Of a stretch of 32,000 nt of DNA, positions 28,052-32,000 are shown piece by piece. The position numbers and the translations under genes were made by a program. Position 1 is the first letter of the stretch. The number at the start of each line of letters is the position of its first letter. The notes beneath the pieces are model-generated. The model was not told the origin of the DNA. It ran no database searches and worked only from the letters and a program-made list of their open reading frames with translations. The DNA is from Alkanindiges illinoisensis DSM 15370 (GTDB lineage Bacteria; Pseudomonadota; Gammaproteobacteria; Pseudomonadales; Moraxellaceae): assembly GCF_000619845.1 (NCBI RefSeq), contig NZ_JHUX01000003.1:1270064-1302063 (forward strand). The letters are read 5' to 3'.

Positions 28052-28150
28052 AGAAAAATTCAGTTTTTTAGCCTAGATTTTTTTATGACAAAGGCTGACC
28101 AGTATATAGAAACTTGATATATAGCAATTTGAGCCCTACCGACTCGCTGA

Positions 28151-29380
28151 TTAGCAAATCGGTGGTTTATATGGAATCATAATGGTAAAGGTAGTGCCTT
28201 CATTAGGCTTGGAATTAATTTCGATCCGGCCATTGTTCTTTTCCACAAACTGGCGACATAGCAGCAAGCCCAGTCCGGTTCCCTTTTCACCATCAGTTCC
28301 CTTGTTACTCTTGGGCTGCTGGCGCATAAAGAATTCTTGGATTTGTTCTTCCGGCATGCCGATGCCTGTGTCACGTACCGAGATATGAATTTCATCATCT
28401 ACTTTTTGCGCTGACAAATACACATGGCCACCGCTACGGGTAAACTTGACTGCATTGGAGGTCAGATTTTGCAGTACTGATGTCATCATGTTCAGGTCAA
28501 CATGCACAGTTAACCGGGGATCAGCATCATTATGAATGGCTACATTTTTTCGTTGCGCCATGGCACCCAGCACTTCAAATACAGTCTGGAATACCTGTTC
28601 AATTTGCACATCCTGCGGGCGGTAAATAATAGCCCCGCCTTCTGACATGGCCCACTGCAACAGGTTTTCCAGTAAGCGAAATGTCGCATGCGCCGTACTA
28701 CGCAAATAACCGGCAATGTCCCGAATGCCTTTTTCATCGAGGTCTTCGATTTCAGTTTCCAGTACTTCGGAAAATCCTAAAATGCCATGAAAAGGCGCAC
28801 GCAGGTCATGCGCAATAATTGAGAAAAACTTATCCTTGTTGGAATTAATTTCCTTAAGCCTTTCGTTGGAATCCTCAACCACACGGTGCGACTTACGCAG
28901 CTCCAGATGCGCCATGACCTGATGCGCCAGAATGCGTAACGCCTCAATCTGATTCGGTTCCAGCTTGCGTGGCTTGGAATCCAAAATACATAGTGTTCCC
29001 AGTATATGCCCATCGCTGGTTTTTAGCGGCGCACCCGCATAAAAACGGACGTTCAGGTCACCATTTAAAGTGGGATTATCGACAAAACGCTCATCAAGGT
29101 TGGTGTCTTCTACAATAAAAACTTCTGGCTGCAAGATGGCATGGCTGCAAATACTAAACTTGCGGTCTACTTCTGCGCCGCGCTCTACGCCATGTGCCGA
29201 CTTGAACCAGCTTCGCTTGTCATCCAGCAAACTAATAATGGAAATAGGGACATTGCAAATACTGGCAGCCAGCTGAACCAGATCATTAAAGCACTCTTCA
29301 TCCTCAGTATCCATAATCTGGTACTGATTCAAGGCATACAGGCGTTCAGGTTCGTTGCTTGGCAACTCAGCCTCGATCAT
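28151..29380 (-). CDS. Cytoplasmic GAF-domain sensor histidine kinase (GAF-HisKA-HATPase_c)
   Basis: The GAF block is ERLYALNQYQIMDTEDEECFNDLVQLAASICNVPISIISLLDDKRSWFKSAHG...RFYAGAPL. The H-box is FFSIIAHDLRAPFHGILGF. The ATPase N/G boxes are LTSNAVKFT, VRDTGIGMPEE and GTGLGLLLCRQFV. There are no TM segments. The track start (29395) is a TTG. I prefer ATG 29380, which has GAGGAA upstream. Confidence 0.88.
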   Translation of the reverse strand: MIEAELPSNEPERLYALNQYQIMDTEDEECFNDLVQLAASICNVPISIISLLDDKRSWFKSAHGVERGAEVDRKFSICSHAILQPEVFIVEDTNLDERFVDNPTLNGDLNVRFYAGAPLKTSDGHILGTLCILDSKPRKLEPNQIEALRILAHQVMAHLELRKSHRVVEDSNERLKEINSNKDKFFSIIAHDLRAPFHGILGFSEVLETEIEDLDEKGIRDIAGYLRSTAHATFRLLENLLQWAMSEGGAIIYRPQDVQIEQVFQTVFEVLGAMAQRKNVAIHNDADPRLTVHVDLNMMTSVLQNLTSNAVKFTRSGGHVYLSAQKVDDEIHISVRDTGIGMPEEQIQEFFMRQQPKSNKGTDGEKGTGLGLLLCRQFVEKNNGRIEINSKPNEGTTFTIMIPYKPPIC

Positions 29381-29541
29381 ATTGCAATTCCTCAAAATGG
29401 TTTATCTGGTGCTGCGTAGTGATTTACGTCTTGTTATACCTTCCTCTGATAAGACTAATATCTTAACATTTAATCAATAAAACTTCATAAAAAAAAAATA
29501 AGCCTACATTTTTAGAGTCTTTGATTTTAAAATGCAACATT

Positions 29542-29568
29542 ATATGGCCCTTGTGTAAAAGGCCATAT
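29542..29568 (-). terminator. Hairpin downstream of tgt (possible terminator)
   Basis: ATATGGCC (29542-29549) pairs with GGCCATAT (29561-29568) around an 11-nt loop, 62 nt after the tgt stop codon. The minus-sense trailing sequence AATGTTGCATTTTAAAA is only moderately U-rich. Confidence 0.35.
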
Positions 29569-29629
29569 CATAGAAGCTATTTTAATATGCATGTGAAAAG
29601 CATTTTAGGATTTAAGTAACTGATTGTCC

Positions 29630-30751
<1,122 letters not shown>

Positions 30752-30958
30752 TTAACCTAAATGAATCCAGCGAAGAAACAGTTCACCGATTTTTAAACGA
30801 CTTTCAAAATCAGGCGTCTATTGTCGTTGATTATACAAAGAAGTGCTAGCACCTCTATTTTAGGATAGGCAATATTAATATGGTTTAGGCATTTAAAAAT
30901 CAGTATGCCTTTATCAAACTAATAGTATTTTATTGCATATTCAGGTGAATTATTAAAT

Positions 30959-32000
30959 ATGTCCCAAAACGATGAAAAGATTGGCAATAAGAATGATGCT
31001 GATCCCACTATTATTATTTCTGATAATCCGGAGCAGGATAAATATGAAATATTAAAAGAGAAATTGCGCTATAAGCAGGCCAAACGTGAAAATAATAAAA
31101 AGGTAGATCACAAACAAGTACGGCTGAACATTCAGGCCAATGCCCTGCCCAGCAAAACTTTCTTTATTATGAATACGCTGGCAGGCATCATTGCAGGCTA
31201 TGGCTTACTCGCCAACTCGCCAGCAGTAGTCATTGGTGCCATGCTGGTGGCAATGATGACCGGGCCAATTTCCGGTATTACCCTAGCTCTGATTGATAAT
31301 CGCTTGATCCTGCTGGGTACATCCCTAAAAACCCTGTTTGGCGGAATTGGCCTGCTGGCAGCGGTAGGTATCTTGCTGGGTATTATTCACTATAACATGC
31401 CCATCAGTGCGGAAATACTGGCGCGTACCAGCCCAAATTTTATGGATTTAATGGTTGCACTGGCTGGCGGCGCTGCCGGGGCATTTGCATCAATTTCAAC
31501 ACGCTTGTCGGTTGCGGTTGTGGGAGTTGCGGTGGCTACTGCACTTGTGCCACCTTTGGTAGCGATGGGTATTTTGCTGGCTCATTATGAATGGAAACTG
31601 GCGCTGGGGGCGTTTATTCTGGTTTTTACCAATATGGTGGCCATCCAGTTTAGCTCATCATTGGTATTATGGATTGCAGGTTTTCGCCGGGTAACTGATG
31701 AAGAAGCTGATAAAAGTGCGCTGGCTTTTATCAAACGCAATTTCATTAGCCTGATCATGCTCGGGTTCTTGGCAATTTATCTCAGCTTAAATTTACTGGG
31801 CACGATTGAAAAGCAACATTATCAGGCATCTACGACCAAGCATCTTAAAGTTTTATTTTCCAAGCAGAACAACGTCATTGAGCAAGTACAATATATTCCC
31901 TATAACAATTTCATGCTCATCCGGGTCATGCTACAAGGCGATATTGCCCCCAGCAAGCAGGAAGTACTTGCAGCCCAAAAAAGCATTTCACCCGGTAAGG
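30959..32000 (+). CDS. DUF389-family integral membrane protein (3' end runs off the window)
   Basis: Absent from the ORF track because it is open at the window edge. Hand translation from ATG 30959 (an in-frame stop lies at 30923) is stop-free to 32000. It has multiple TM segments and DUF389-like blocks: VVIGAMLVAMMTGPISGI, LMVALAGGAAGAFASIS and VGVAVATALVPPLVAMG. Confidence 0.7.
   Translation, partial: MSQNDEKIGNKNDADPTIIISDNPEQDKYEILKEKLRYKQAKRENNKKVDHKQVRLNIQANALPSKTFFIMNTLAGIIAGYGLLANSPAVVIGAMLVAMMTGPISGITLALIDNRLILLGTSLKTLFGGIGLLAAVGILLGIIHYNMPISAEILARTSPNFMDLMVALAGGAAGAFASISTRLSVAVVGVAVATALVPPLVAMGILLAHYEWKLALGAFILVFTNMVAIQFSSSLVLWIAGFRRVTDEEADKSALAFIKRNFISLIMLGFLAIYLSLNLLGTIEKQHYQASTTKHLKVLFSKQNNVIEQVQYIPYNNFMLIRVMLQGDIAPSKQEVLAAQKSISPGK

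Overview
The window looks like a chromosomal backbone region with Acinetobacter-like (Moraxellaceae) synteny: znuD-like TonB-dependent receptor <-> aspS ... ilvE - glnE, then a SIMPL-domain protein, a cytoplasmic GAF histidine kinase, tgt and a DUF389 membrane protein. About 16 kb between aspS and ilvE (7.1-23.1 kb) is a surface-polysaccharide locus that resembles the A. baumannii lipooligosaccharide outer-core (OC) locus. It holds two ELM1/GtrOC1-type putative glycosyltransferases, a NodB deacetylase, a GT4 transferase, an rmlBDAC cassette and three poorly characterised transferases. No Wzx, Wzy, Wza-c, ABC exporter or ligase gene is present. Unusually, the galU-ugd-gpi and pgm sugar-precursor genes are attached to this locus. 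The ugd homologue is an intact ORF, but it has lost the GxGxxG NAD loop and the catalytic cysteine. No tRNA or rRNA genes, CRISPR arrays, transposases, integrases or recognisable defence or toxin systems were found. I do not see a clearly new multi-gene system. The least explained items are the degenerate Ugd, the GT52-like, CgeB-like and ELM1-like transferases, and some structured repeats in the glnE/SIMPL intergenic region. The two edge-truncated ORFs (1-2238 minus, 30959-32000 plus) are missing from the supplied ORF track and were translated by hand. Several track ORFs begin at upstream TTG or GTG codons that overlap the preceding gene, so I trimmed them to the ATG that has a ribosome-binding site.
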